Shown piece by piece: positions 1 through 9,634 of a stretch of 32,000 nucleotides of DNA. The position numbers and the translations under genes were made by a program. The notes under the pieces are model-generated. The model was not told the origin of the DNA and made no database searches. It was given only the letters and a program-made list of their open reading frames with translations. The stretch is taken from the NCBI GenBank assembly GCA_030433415.1, contig JAUIMF010000011.1, positions 1 to 32,000 of the forward strand, in the 5' to 3' direction. Positions within the stretch are counted from its first letter, which is position 1. Each line of letters opens with the position of its first letter. The DNA is from Gammaproteobacteria bacterium. GTDB lineage: Bacteria; Pseudomonadota; Gammaproteobacteria; Pseudomonadales; Halieaceae.

Positions 1-513
1 ATCAAAACCTTCTATCGGCACAGGAAGCATATCCGCCTTTACAAGGTGCACGGCTCGCTGAACTACTTTTTGCATCGGGATGCTGTCATTGAAAACAACG
101 CTTGGATGTGGAACCCGCCCGATTTCGCTGAGCGCGTGATGATCACCCCAGGGCTATCGAAGTATCAGGCGCTTCAACGATACAGACGTGAGCTGCTTCA
201 GTTTGCAGATGATGCTGTAGATGGAGCCACACACTTTCTATTCCTCGGCTATGGCTTCAATGATAGCCACTTAGAGGAATACATAAAGCGGAAGCTAGTC
301 ACGCAGTCCAGCCAAGGACTGATTGTGACGCGGGACTGCAATCCACGAATAGAGTTATTGCTTGAAGAGGCAGATAACCTCTGGCTGATCTGCAAAGAGG
401 AAAACGGCGATGGCTCTCGAATTTTTAACAGGCGTCATTCTGGATGGTTGTCACTGCCAAACCAGAAGCTGTGGGACGTTCGTGACTTCACCACTCGGAT
501 TTTTGGAGGATGA
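1..513 (+). CDS. SIR2-like (SIR2_2-type) protein, C-terminal part. The reading frame is open from base 1, so the 5' end lies outside the window.
   Basis: Frame 1 is open from position 1 (IKTFYRHRKHIRLYKVHGSLNYF...). The YKVHGS motif and the later FLFLGYGFNDSHLEEYI motif resemble the KLHGS and hhhGYSxxD signatures of defence-associated SIR2 domains. The stop codon overlaps the next start (ATGA at 510-513), and the next gene is a HerA-type ATPase, the known SIR2-HerA pairing. Confidence 0.6.
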   Translation: MKTFYRHRKHIRLYKVHGSLNYFLHRDAVIENNAWMWNPPDFAERVMITPGLSKYQALQRYRRELLQFADDAVDGATHFLFLGYGFNDSHLEEYIKRKLVTQSSQGLIVTRDCNPRIELLLEEADNLWLICKEENGDGSRIFNRRHSGWLSLPNQKLWDVRDFTTRIFGG

Positions 514-2252
514 CCATGCCAATCTTTACATTCGACGCCTCATATTTGCTCGGCAAAGTCCGCTCGGTAGATACACGCAAGGTTAATGTGCAGGTCAAGA
601 GCGATGAAGACCTGCGCAAGGCGCGTGTTGGACAACTGGTCGCCCTGGATCTTCCGGGTGCCACTGAAGAGTGGCTGATCGGCATCATTGAAAAAGTTGT
701 AAAAACGCCGGTTCTGGAAGAAATAGCTGTTTTGGAAGAGCAGGACCCAGAAGAAGATAACACCCTGGATTTGCCTAGAGAAAGTGTTCACAACACCGTT
801 CAGCTCACCCTGGTGGGAACCGTTTGCCTGACGGTAGAAAATAGTGCCCGGTTTTCCCGCTCTTTGGTGCAGGTTCCAGAGATTGATGCCCAATGTCACA
901 TCCTGCGGGATGCACAACTGCAATCGTTCATGAATTTGCTTTCCGCCGAGGGGAAAACGGATCATTCGTTGGAGATAGGATGCTACACCATCGATGAAAA
1001 TGCCAAGGCATACCTCGACGGAAACAAGCTTTTTCAGCGCCACGCAGCTCTTTTGGGAAGTACTGGATCGGGAAAGTCCTGGACTGTTGCGTCAATTCTT
1101 GAGCAGGCGGGAAAGCTGCCTTCGTCCAACCTGATCGTATTCGACTTGCATGGCGAATATCGAAAACTGGGTTATGCAAGGCATCTTCGTATACCCGGGC
1201 CTGAAGAGTTGGGTAGTTCAGATCATTCGCTCCTGTTCCTGCCTTACTGGCTTCTCAATGCCGAGGAGCTGCAAGCCATGTTCATCGACAGAAGTGAGTT
1301 CAGTGCTCATAACCAGGTGATGGCATTCCAGGACACTGTCGTCGCTGAGAAAAGAAGTGTTCTGGAGTCGCTCGGGAAAAACGAGGTGCTCAATGCATTC
1401 ACCTTGGACAGCCCGGTACCTTTCGATATTGAGAAGGTGCTCAATGAACTGAAGCGTTTGAACGAAGAAATGGTGCAAGGATCAAGAGGCGAGAAGCAAG
1501 GCCCATTTTATGGCCAATTCAGTCGTCTATTGCTGCGCCTTGGCAGTAAAGTGAGCGACAAGCGTTATGGCTTCCTTTTCCAGGCTCCCGAAGCACATCA
1601 TGACTATGGGGCCATGGCGAACCTGGTCAGACGCCTTATGGATTTCTCGGAGCAGAATTCACAGATTAAAGTCATCGACTTTTCTGAAGTGCCTGCTGAC
1701 ATTCTCCCGGTCATCATCGGTTTGGTGGCTCGAATCATTTATCAAGTCCAGTTTTGGACAGATCGCGATAGGAGGCAGCCTCTTGCTCTAGTGTGTGATG
1801 AGGCACACCTCTATCTCCCCAAGAAAGATGGGAAGAACCCCGTGGAGCAACGTGCAATCGAGAACTTCGAAAAAATCGCGAAGGAAGGCCGTAAGTATGG
1901 TGTCGCGCTGTTTGTGATCAGCCAGAGGCCGGCTGATGTCAGTACAACCATACTCAGTCAGTGTAACAACGTCATTGCCCTTCGCCTAACCAATGGGGAC
2001 GACCAGAACACTGTTAAGAGACTGATGCCAGAGAGCCTCGAAGGGCTCATGGATACGCTACCCATTTTGGATATTGGTGAAGCCTTGGTCGTTGGTGACG
2101 CAGTGCTGCTACCAAGCCGAATCCGAATTCACGAACCAACAGAAAAACCACTCAGCGCAACCATAGACTTTTGGGATGAATGGAGCAAAGACCCGGATGC
2201 TCCCGACTTTGACAAGTCGGTGGAGAACATGCGCAGACAGAATAGAGTATAA
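510..2252 (+). CDS. herA: HerA/DUF87-family P-loop ATPase (FtsK-HerA superfamily), partner of the SIR2 protein
   Basis: Walker A is GSTGSGKSW and Walker B is LALVCDEAHLYLP. A VISQRPADVS segment and an N-terminal barrel-like region (GKVRSVDTRKVNVQV...LIGIIEKV) are typical of HerA. GGAGGA at 505-510 favours the in-frame ATG at 516 as the true start, while the ATG at 510 overlaps the upstream stop. Confidence 0.8.
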   Translation: MTMPIFTFDASYLLGKVRSVDTRKVNVQVKSDEDLRKARVGQLVALDLPGATEEWLIGIIEKVVKTPVLEEIAVLEEQDPEEDNTLDLPRESVHNTVQLTLVGTVCLTVENSARFSRSLVQVPEIDAQCHILRDAQLQSFMNLLSAEGKTDHSLEIGCYTIDENAKAYLDGNKLFQRHAALLGSTGSGKSWTVASILEQAGKLPSSNLIVFDLHGEYRKLGYARHLRIPGPEELGSSDHSLLFLPYWLLNAEELQAMFIDRSEFSAHNQVMAFQDTVVAEKRSVLESLGKNEVLNAFTLDSPVPFDIEKVLNELKRLNEEMVQGSRGEKQGPFYGQFSRLLLRLGSKVSDKRYGFLFQAPEAHHDYGAMANLVRRLMDFSEQNSQIKVIDFSEVPADILPVIIGLVARIIYQVQFWTDRDRRQPLALVCDEAHLYLPKKDGKNPVEQRAIENFEKIAKEGRKYGVALFVISQRPADVSTTILSQCNNVIALRLTNGDDQNTVKRLMPESLEGLMDTLPILDIGEALVVGDAVLLPSRIRIHEPTEKPLSATIDFWDEWSKDPDAPDFDKSVENMRRQNRV

Positions 2253-2254
2253 GC

Positions 2255-5017
2255 ATGAAAGATCAACTGAATTTTGGGCAGACAGAAGCATCCACCCAAC
2301 CGGTGGAATGCCTGGGGAAAACCTTCCCGAATGATGAAGCACGGCGCGAGCATTTTCTAAATCTGTTGGCTGAAAAGCTGAAAGATCCGGAATTCCGAAA
2401 GCAGGAGGGCTTTCCGCAAGGTACGGATGAAGCCATTCTGGCCATGTCTGATCCACCGTACTACACCGCTTGCCCGAATCCTTGGTTGGCTGATTTCGTC
2501 GGACACTACGGCAAGCCATATGATCCTTCGGTGAAATACAGCCGAGAGCCTTTGGCAATTGACGTGTCGGTCGGCAAGACCGATGCTATCTACAAGGCAC
2601 ATTCTTACCACACTAAGGTTCCTCACTTGGCAATTGTGCCGTCGATTTTGCACTACACTGAGCCCGGAGATATCGTGCTCGATGGCTTTGCCGGCTCAGG
2701 TATGACCGGCGTGGCGGCACAATGGTGCGGCAGTGCGCCTGCGACTTACCGACATGAGCTGGAGATGGCCTGGAAGCAGGAAGGCCGCCCAGCGCCCAAG
2801 TGGGGGGCGCGTCGAGCCATTCTAAATGATTTGTCTCCAGCGGCGACATCTATCGCCTCTACTAACAACCTACCATTTGATGTAAATCGCTTTGCTTATG
2901 AAGCCGATAAGTTATTGGCGGATGCTAGGCAAGAACTAGGGTGGATGTATCAAACGAAACACAAAGACGGTACCCCAGTTCATCTTTCATATACAGTCTG
3001 GAGCGAGGTTTTCGTTTGTAAGTCCTGTTCTGGAGAGACAGTGTTCTATGAGGGAGCCTATGACTCTGCGATCAACAAGGTTCGTGATGAAGTCACTTGC
3101 TCAAAATGCGGAGCAATAACCAAAAAAGAGAACATGGATTTGTTGCTAGAGTCATTCATGGATTCCCCCTATAGCCGGATTGAAAAGCGCCCAAAACTCG
3201 TGCCAGTTCTAATCAAATATTCGCTAGGCCGTGCCTCATATTTCAAAGCTCCCGATAGCGATGATATTAACATTATCGAGAAAATCTCTCAGCTTGCCAG
3301 CCCTTCCGGTTTGCCTGTTGATGAGCTTCCCGATTGCCAAATGACGCGGGTGGGAAGAATGCGGACAACTAATACGCGCTGCATTCATCATATGTATTTG
3401 GCGCGAGCGGCACACACAATTTCATACTTATGGGATAAGGCTACACAGATTTCTGATGCGAGACTAAGGGGGGCGATTAGATATTGGTTAGATAGTCAGT
3501 TCACCAATATGTCGATACTGAACCGCTACCGTCCAGAAGTCTCGTTTCCGTACAATCCGCTTTCTGGTGTTTTTTATGTTCCGTCATTGATATCTGAAGC
3601 TGATCCTTTCACGGCTTATGAGAATAAAATTAAGCGCCTTGTTAAAGCATTCAGTATAAGTCACGCCAAAAATGGAGTCCCGGCTATTTCATCTGGAAGT
3701 GCAACCATGCTACCTCTTCCTGATGGAGCTGTTGACTACATCTTTACTGATCCGCCTTTCGGGGAGAACATTTACTATGCAGATTTAAATATTCTTCCCG
3801 AGTCTTGGTATGGTGTGCTAACTGACGCAAGTCCCGAAGCTATTATTGATCGCGTTAGAGAAAAGGGAGTGCCTGAATATCAGCATTTAATGCGTGTATG
3901 TTTTTCCGAATATTACCGTGTCTTAAAACCAGGGCGTTGGATGACGGTAGTATTTTCAAATAGCAAGGCATTTGTTTGGAATGCTATTCAGGTAGCCTTG
4001 CAACAGGCAGGATTTATCGTTGCGGAAGTTACTGCCCTTGACAAAAAGCAAGGGAGTTTTCAACAAGTTGTCTCGCCAAATACTGTCAAGCAAGACCTTG
4101 TGATTTCGGTATACAAACCAAATGGCGGCTTGGAGCAGCGATTTATAGAGCGTGGGGCAACTCCGGAGACAGCTTGGGATTTCGTGCATACACACCTTGC
4201 CCAGCTTTCGGTAACAAAAGTTAAAGGAGGTGATCTGGAATTCATCATTGAACGTGATCCTCGTCGAATCTACGACAGAATGGTTGCATGGTTTGTTCGC
4301 CACGATTCGCCTGTACCCCTATCCAGTGAAGAGTTCCTGCACGGATTGCGTCAGCGATTTCCTGAACGTGATGGGATGATTTTTTTGCCTGATCAAGTCG
4401 GTGCATACGATAGAAAGCGCTCTCAGGCTGTTCAGGCTCCTCAGATGGAGATGTTCGTCTCCGACGAGCGGAGCGCCATCGACTGGCTAACTGATTTCTT
4501 GAAGAAGCGCCCGTCTACCTATCAAGAAGTGCACCCAGCCTTCACTACCCAGATTGGCGCGGGTTGGAAGAAGCACGAAGAGAGACCCGAGCTTTCCGCT
4601 CTGCTGGAAGACAACTTCATCAAGTACGATGGTAGCGGTGATGTACCCAGCCAGATCCACAGCTACCTTTCTACCAACCACAAGCTCCGTGGCCTGGAGA
4701 AAAATCACCCGGAGCTGGTCGCCAAAGCCAAGGATCGCTGGTACGTGCCAGATCCCAACAAGGCGCAGGACTTAGAGAAAAGGCGTGATAAGGCACTGTT
4801 GAAGGAATTCCAGACCTACCTGGCATTCACCGGTCGCCGGCTCAAGGAGTTCCGTCTGGAGGTATTGCGCGCAGGCTTCAAGGATGCATGGGGCAACAAG
4901 GATTATGCGACCATCATCAAGATTGCGCAGAAGATTCCTGACACCGCTTTGCAGGAAGACGAAAAGCTGCTGCTCTGGTATGACCAGGCGCTGACCCGCA
5001 CGGAGGCAGATGTCTGA
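2255..5017 (+). CDS. Large DNA methyltransferase (N6-adenine/N4-cytosine type, PglXI-like) with an internal zinc ribbon
   Basis: The SAM-binding motif I is PGDIVLDGFAGSGMTGVAA (aa ~137-155), preceded by HTKVPHLAIVPSIL. The catalytic motif IV is VDYIFTDPPFGENIYY (DPPF at nt 3749-3760). A CKSC...CSKC zinc ribbon lies at nt ~3017-3109, between motifs I and IV. An extra DPPY tetrapeptide sits at nt 2450-2461. The gene starts 2 nt after the herA stop. Confidence 0.8.
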   Translation: MKDQLNFGQTEASTQPVECLGKTFPNDEARREHFLNLLAEKLKDPEFRKQEGFPQGTDEAILAMSDPPYYTACPNPWLADFVGHYGKPYDPSVKYSREPLAIDVSVGKTDAIYKAHSYHTKVPHLAIVPSILHYTEPGDIVLDGFAGSGMTGVAAQWCGSAPATYRHELEMAWKQEGRPAPKWGARRAILNDLSPAATSIASTNNLPFDVNRFAYEADKLLADARQELGWMYQTKHKDGTPVHLSYTVWSEVFVCKSCSGETVFYEGAYDSAINKVRDEVTCSKCGAITKKENMDLLLESFMDSPYSRIEKRPKLVPVLIKYSLGRASYFKAPDSDDINIIEKISQLASPSGLPVDELPDCQMTRVGRMRTTNTRCIHHMYLARAAHTISYLWDKATQISDARLRGAIRYWLDSQFTNMSILNRYRPEVSFPYNPLSGVFYVPSLISEADPFTAYENKIKRLVKAFSISHAKNGVPAISSGSATMLPLPDGAVDYIFTDPPFGENIYYADLNILPESWYGVLTDASPEAIIDRVREKGVPEYQHLMRVCFSEYYRVLKPGRWMTVVFSNSKAFVWNAIQVALQQAGFIVAEVTALDKKQGSFQQVVSPNTVKQDLVISVYKPNGGLEQRFIERGATPETAWDFVHTHLAQLSVTKVKGGDLEFIIERDPRRIYDRMVAWFVRHDSPVPLSSEEFLHGLRQRFPERDGMIFLPDQVGAYDRKRSQAVQAPQMEMFVSDERSAIDWLTDFLKKRPSTYQEVHPAFTTQIGAGWKKHEERPELSALLEDNFIKYDGSGDVPSQIHSYLSTNHKLRGLEKNHPELVAKAKDRWYVPDPNKAQDLEKRRDKALLKEFQTYLAFTGRRLKEFRLEVLRAGFKDAWGNKDYATIIKIAQKIPDTALQEDEKLLLWYDQALTRTEADV

Positions 5018-5036
5018 TGCAATATGAGGTACGGGG

Positions 5037-6821
5037 ATGAATCAGGACGAACTGCTCGCCCGCCTTGATGGCATCGAATGGAACGACTTCGAGTGCAAGC
5101 GGGCCCAGCGCGGTGTCCCGGAGGATGCCTACAAGACGGTATCTGCCTTCGCCAATACGGCCGGGGGCTGGCTAGTGTTCGGCGTGAGTGAACGTGATGG
5201 CCGTCTTGAAATCACTGGTGTCGAAACACCGGACAAGGTTCAGAACGATTTTCTGGCTGCCTTGCGGGGTGGACAGAAGCTGAACCGTGTGATTGCTGTG
5301 GAGCCTTGCCGGTACGAGATCGACGGCAAGCACGTATTTGCCTTTCATGTGCCAGAAGCGACACGAGCGGACAAGCCGGTATATCTCAAGGGTGACCCAC
5401 GCCAGAGCTATGTGCGGCGTGGCGCGGGTGATGAGCAGTGCACCCAGGGAGAGCTGGAGCGTTTGCTGCGTGATGCTTCGCAGGAGCGGTATGACGGCTT
5501 GGTCTTGTCGAACATTCCGGTGGAGCGCTGCTTCGACCTGGACACGGTGAAGTGGTACCAGGCCCAGTTCGCGCGGCGTAATCCGGAACACAAGGAGATC
5601 GCAGACCCGAGCGAGTTCCTGCTCAACTGGAATTTCATTGTCGAACAGGATGGTACTTTGCTGCCCACCCGCGCCGGTGTACTGCTGTTTGGTGAAGGAC
5701 GCTACGTCCGACAGATTCTGCCTCGGCCGGTGCTGGACTATCAGCGTATCGATACCGCTTTCGAGCGCTGGTCGGCGGAGCAGCGCTGGCATGATCGCTA
5801 TGTGTTTGAGGAAAACATCTTCCAGACCTGGCAAGGCCTGGTGGCCCGCTACATGCGCATTGCCGAGCATCCCTTCGCGCTCGACCCCTCCACCTTGCGC
5901 CGCAATGACGACCCGCCGGATTACGTGGCCTTTCGCGAGGCGGCCATCAATCTGTTGATTCACCAGGACTATGGCGACCATGGCCGCAAGCCATCCATTC
6001 GCTTGTTTACCGATCGCACCATCTTCTGGAATCCTGGGGATGCCTTTGCTACCGAGGCTGAGTTGCTGGACCCCACCGAGAAGGAGGTACGCAACCCCTC
6101 CATCGTTAAAGCGTTCCGGCGTATTGGCTTGTCGGATCAGGCCGGTACGGGTATTCGCGCCATTTTCCGCAACTGGCATGAGCTGGGTCGGGTGCCGCCC
6201 CAGTTGCACAATGACAAGGCGCGCAAACAGTTCGAGCTGGTATTGCTCAATCAGCCCCTGGTAACCGAGGCCATGCAGCATTTTCGCCAGACTATTGGCG
6301 CAAACCTGAACCGGGAGCAGGCGGATGTGCTGGCCTTGGCCCTGGGCCGGGTAGATGGCGAGCGGATAAGCCTGACGGATATTCGTGGCCTGGGGGTTGC
6401 CACCACCCTGCAAGCCAAGCGAATCGCCGATTTCCTGGTTCAGCAGCAACTGTTGCAGGCAGTGAGCGACACCCTGTTTGAGGTGCCAGAAGTGCTGCGG
6501 CAGCGCTTTACGGAGAAGCCGGTGGCCGATGAGGGGGGAGCTACCCCGCAAGAGACCCCTCAAGGTACCCCGCAAGCTGCCCCTCAAGTTACCCCGCAAG
6601 TTTCAACGCTGCTGGCCAAGGTTACCGGGGAGATGACGCGCCAGGAACTCATGGATAGCGTCGGGTTGAAAGATCGCATGCATTTCGCAAAGGCTTACCT
6701 CCAGCCCGCGCTGGATGCGGGGGTCTTGGAAATGACGATTCCCGACAAGCCCCGTAGCGGCAATCAGCGATACCGCCTTACCCCCCTCGGGCAGGCTGTG
6801 ATTGGACAGGGGGATATATGA
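5037..6821 (+). CDS. AlbA_2/Schlafen-like (divergent AAA_4) protein with a HATPase_c_4-like middle region and a C-terminal wHTH, often annotated as RecG-like transcriptional regulator
   Basis: The N-terminus EWNDFECKRAQRGVPEDAYKTVSAFANTAGGWLVFGV matches the AlbA_2 signature (E.K......... .. AFAN..GG.L..GV). The middle region has AINLLIHQDYGDHG...IFWNPGD. The C-terminus resembles wHTH proteins of this family (MTRQELMDSVGLKDRMHFAKAYLQPALDAGVLEMTIPDKPRSGNQRYRLT). The stop overlaps the next start (ATGA at 6818-6821). Confidence 0.7.
   Translation: MNQDELLARLDGIEWNDFECKRAQRGVPEDAYKTVSAFANTAGGWLVFGVSERDGRLEITGVETPDKVQNDFLAALRGGQKLNRVIAVEPCRYEIDGKHVFAFHVPEATRADKPVYLKGDPRQSYVRRGAGDEQCTQGELERLLRDASQERYDGLVLSNIPVERCFDLDTVKWYQAQFARRNPEHKEIADPSEFLLNWNFIVEQDGTLLPTRAGVLLFGEGRYVRQILPRPVLDYQRIDTAFERWSAEQRWHDRYVFEENIFQTWQGLVARYMRIAEHPFALDPSTLRRNDDPPDYVAFREAAINLLIHQDYGDHGRKPSIRLFTDRTIFWNPGDAFATEAELLDPTEKEVRNPSIVKAFRRIGLSDQAGTGIRAIFRNWHELGRVPPQLHNDKARKQFELVLLNQPLVTEAMQHFRQTIGANLNREQADVLALALGRVDGERISLTDIRGLGVATTLQAKRIADFLVQQQLLQAVSDTLFEVPEVLRQRFTEKPVADEGGATPQETPQGTPQAAPQVTPQVSTLLAKVTGEMTRQELMDSVGLKDRMHFAKAYLQPALDAGVLEMTIPDKPRSGNQRYRLTPLGQAVIGQGDI
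6540..6599 (+). repeat. Five tandem 12-nt repeats (nnnaCCCCkCAA) encoding (x-T/A-P-Q)5 inside the AlbA_2 gene
   Basis: The units are gctaccccgcaa|gagacccctcaa|ggtaccccgcaa|gctgcccctcaa|gttaccccgcaa. They encode ATPQ ETPQ GTPQ AAPQ VTPQ, located between the body of the protein and its C-terminal wHTH. Confidence 0.9.
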
Positions 6822-9634
6822 CCAACGTATGGGCGGTAGGCGATTGGTGCTGGCATATTCGCCAGACCGCCCCCTGCCGGGTGGTGGATAGCCAGACGCT
6901 GTGGGGAGAAAACACCTACCGGGTATGGCTGCCGGGCAAGGACGCCGTGGTGCGCGCCCGAGCCCAAGAGCTGGGTTCACTGGCCGACGTGCAGACGACG
7001 GCTGACCAGATTCTGCATACGGCTGCCGCTGCCAAGTTGTGCGATGCGCTGGAGGACAACCTGCTACTGGCCCCGATACAGTCCAGCGTGGTGCCTCTGC
7101 CGCATCAGCTCCATGCACTGAACAGGGCCATGAGCCGAGACCGCATTCGCTACCTGCTTGCTGATGAAGTAGGGCTGGGTAAGACCATTGAGGCCGGCCT
7201 GATTTTGCGAGAACTCAAGTTGCGCGGTATGGTGAAACGCGTGCTGGTGGTGGCCCCCAAAGGTTTGGTGCGTCAGTGGCAGGCGGAGATGCGCTTGCAC
7301 TTCGGCGAGGCGCTTCGCTTTATAGAGCCATCCGACCTGACCGCCTTTCGTACCTGGCGCAACGAGGATGATAATCTGTGGCGGATGCATGATCAGGTTA
7401 TCTGCTCACTGGACTCGGTGAAACCGATCGAGGCCCGTCGTGGCTGGAGCCTGGAACAACTGAACACCTACAACCGCGAACGCTTCGAGGATCTGGTGTC
7501 TGCCGGTTGGGACCTGGTGATTATCGACGAGTCGCACCGTATGGGCGGTAGTACCGAGCAGGTAGCCCGGTACAAATTGGGAGCTGCGTTGGCGGAGGCG
7601 GCCCCCTACTTGCTGTTGTTGTCTGCCACGCCTCACCAGGGCAAGACAGACCAGTTCATGCGCTTGATGCAGTTGCTGGATCGTGAGGCGTTTCCTGACG
7701 AGAACAGTATCAATCGCGACCGGGTGCAGCCTTATGTGATCCGTACGGAGAAACGTTCCTCTATCGATGCCGAGGGACAGCCGCTATTCAAGCCGCGTGC
7801 GACCAAGCTACAGGCCGTGGCATGGCAGGATCGCCATGCCGCCCAGCAGAGACTCTATGAGGCGGTAACCGACTACGTGCGCCATGGTTACAACCAAGCC
7901 ATGGCCGCCAAGCAGCGCCATATTGGATTCTTGATGATTCTGATGCAGCGCCTGGTGACGTCCAGCACGGCAGCCATTCGGGCCACGCTGGAAAAGCGCC
8001 AAAGCCTGCTGGAAGAGCCGCAACTGCAAGCCAGCTTGTTTGATACGGCGAATATGGATGAGTGGGCTGAGCTGGATGGGCAATCGCAGGTCGACATTGT
8101 CGTGCAGGCCAATGGCTGGGAGCAGGAGAAAGCGGAGGTCGACATTCTGCTCGACTTGGCGCGTGAGACCGAGCGGCAAGGGACTGATGCCAAGGCTGAG
8201 GCCCTTCTGGAACTGATCTACAAGCTTCAGCAGGAGGAGAGGGACCCGCAGCTCAAGGTGCTGGTGTTTACCGAGTTTGTGCCCACTCAGGCCATGTTGG
8301 CGGAGCTCCTGGAAAGCCGGGGCTTTTCCGTAGTGCTACTCAACGGCGGGATGGATCTGGATGCGCGAACCAAGGCGCAACAAGACTTTTCTGGTGATGT
8401 CCGGGTGCTGATCTCAACTGATGCCGGCGGTGAAGGTTTGAACCTGCAGTTCTGCCATGTGGTTGTCAATTTCGACATGCCCTGGAACCCCATGCGGCTG
8501 GAGCAGCGGATAGGCCGCGTTGATCGTATCGGACAACCTCATGTGGTGCGGGCCATCAATCTGGTTCTTGAAGACACGGTCGAGCACCGGGTTCGCCAGG
8601 TGCTGGAAGAAAAGCTGGAGGTCATCGCCCAAGAGTTCGGTGTAAATAAAGCGGCGGATGTCATCGACTCGGTGGAAGTGGAGCCAATCTTTGATGAGCT
8701 GTTCGTACATGGTCTGCAGAACCCGAGCCGTATTGACCAGGAATGCGATGCGGTCATCGACCAGGTACGGGATAAGGTGTCAGCAAGCTGCAAGGGTAGC
8801 GATCTCCTGACGGAGGACTACACCCTGGAAGCCGATGATGCACGCAAATGGCGTGATCACCCAGCACAATATTGGCTAGAGCGCGCCATCACCTCGGGGC
8901 TGCCGGCACGTGGTGGTGAGGCTGAAAAGTGCGGTGAGTCCTGGAGAGTGAAGTGGCCGGACGGCAGTGAGTCACCCCGTGTTTGCTTTGATGCACGAAC
9001 CGCTGAACAGCACCCCGAGATCGAGTGGATCACGCTGGAGGACGCTCGTGCCCGCGCGGTCATCAGTGAATTGCCGCGCTGTGTGGCGGGCCAGCCTCTG
9101 CCGATGGTTTCGATGCGTGGCCTGCCTGAAGCGGTTATCGGTGTGTGGTCGCTTTGGGAGATCAGTCTTGACGCGTCCCATGTGTCTGAGCGATTCAGCC
9201 GTCGTCGCTTCCTGCCCGTATTCATTACCGATGATGGTCGCAGCTTTGTACCTACGGCCAAGCGAATATGGGATTTACTGCTGACAGAGCAATTGATTCT
9301 CGCCCCTGAGTTGGAAATGGAACAAGCCGACAACGACTTTGAAAACGCTTTGGCCGCTGCCAGGGGGCAAGGTGAACGATTGTTTGCCGGATTGAAGGAA
9401 GAGCACCATAGCTGGCTTGCCGAGGAGCGCGAGCGAGCACGCTATGCCTTTGAAGCCAGATATCAGGCCATCGGTCGCATTGGACTTCCTGCTGTGAGGG
9501 AGCACAGGCGCAAGCGTTTGGATGCGGAACATGAAGCGCGCATGGCGGCTCTGCTTGAAGCCGAACAGGGCACTCCGGAACTCAATGCAGTATTGATGTT
9601 GCGGATTGGCAGTGTCGGGGGGAATGCAGCGTGA
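6818..9634 (+). CDS. SNF2-family helicase (RapA/HepA-like, in the position of BREX BrxHII)
   Basis: Motif I is LLADEVGLGKTIEA, motif II is DESHRMGG and motif III is LLLSATPHQGK. The helicase C-terminal domain has LISTDAGGEGLNLQ and motif VI QRIGRVDRIGQ. The N-terminus has a Tudor/SH3-like segment as in RapA. About 360 aa at the C-terminus are unassigned and end in a predicted coiled coil. Confidence 0.85.
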   Translation: MTNVWAVGDWCWHIRQTAPCRVVDSQTLWGENTYRVWLPGKDAVVRARAQELGSLADVQTTADQILHTAAAAKLCDALEDNLLLAPIQSSVVPLPHQLHALNRAMSRDRIRYLLADEVGLGKTIEAGLILRELKLRGMVKRVLVVAPKGLVRQWQAEMRLHFGEALRFIEPSDLTAFRTWRNEDDNLWRMHDQVICSLDSVKPIEARRGWSLEQLNTYNRERFEDLVSAGWDLVIIDESHRMGGSTEQVARYKLGAALAEAAPYLLLLSATPHQGKTDQFMRLMQLLDREAFPDENSINRDRVQPYVIRTEKRSSIDAEGQPLFKPRATKLQAVAWQDRHAAQQRLYEAVTDYVRHGYNQAMAAKQRHIGFLMILMQRLVTSSTAAIRATLEKRQSLLEEPQLQASLFDTANMDEWAELDGQSQVDIVVQANGWEQEKAEVDILLDLARETERQGTDAKAEALLELIYKLQQEERDPQLKVLVFTEFVPTQAMLAELLESRGFSVVLLNGGMDLDARTKAQQDFSGDVRVLISTDAGGEGLNLQFCHVVVNFDMPWNPMRLEQRIGRVDRIGQPHVVRAINLVLEDTVEHRVRQVLEEKLEVIAQEFGVNKAADVIDSVEVEPIFDELFVHGLQNPSRIDQECDAVIDQVRDKVSASCKGSDLLTEDYTLEADDARKWRDHPAQYWLERAITSGLPARGGEAEKCGESWRVKWPDGSESPRVCFDARTAEQHPEIEWITLEDARARAVISELPRCVAGQPLPMVSMRGLPEAVIGVWSLWEISLDASHVSERFSRRRFLPVFITDDGRSFVPTAKRIWDLLLTEQLILAPELEMEQADNDFENALAAARGQGERLFAGLKEEHHSWLAEERERARYAFEARYQAIGRIGLPAVREHRRKRLDAEHEARMAALLEAEQGTPELNAVLMLRIGSVGGNAA

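Noticed and set aside
5172-6599. 475-aa ORF on the minus strand
   Set aside because: It is entirely antisense to the AlbA_2/wHTH gene, which has clear family motifs. Its translation is Arg/Leu/Gly-rich low-information sequence typical of shadow ORFs in GC-rich coding DNA.
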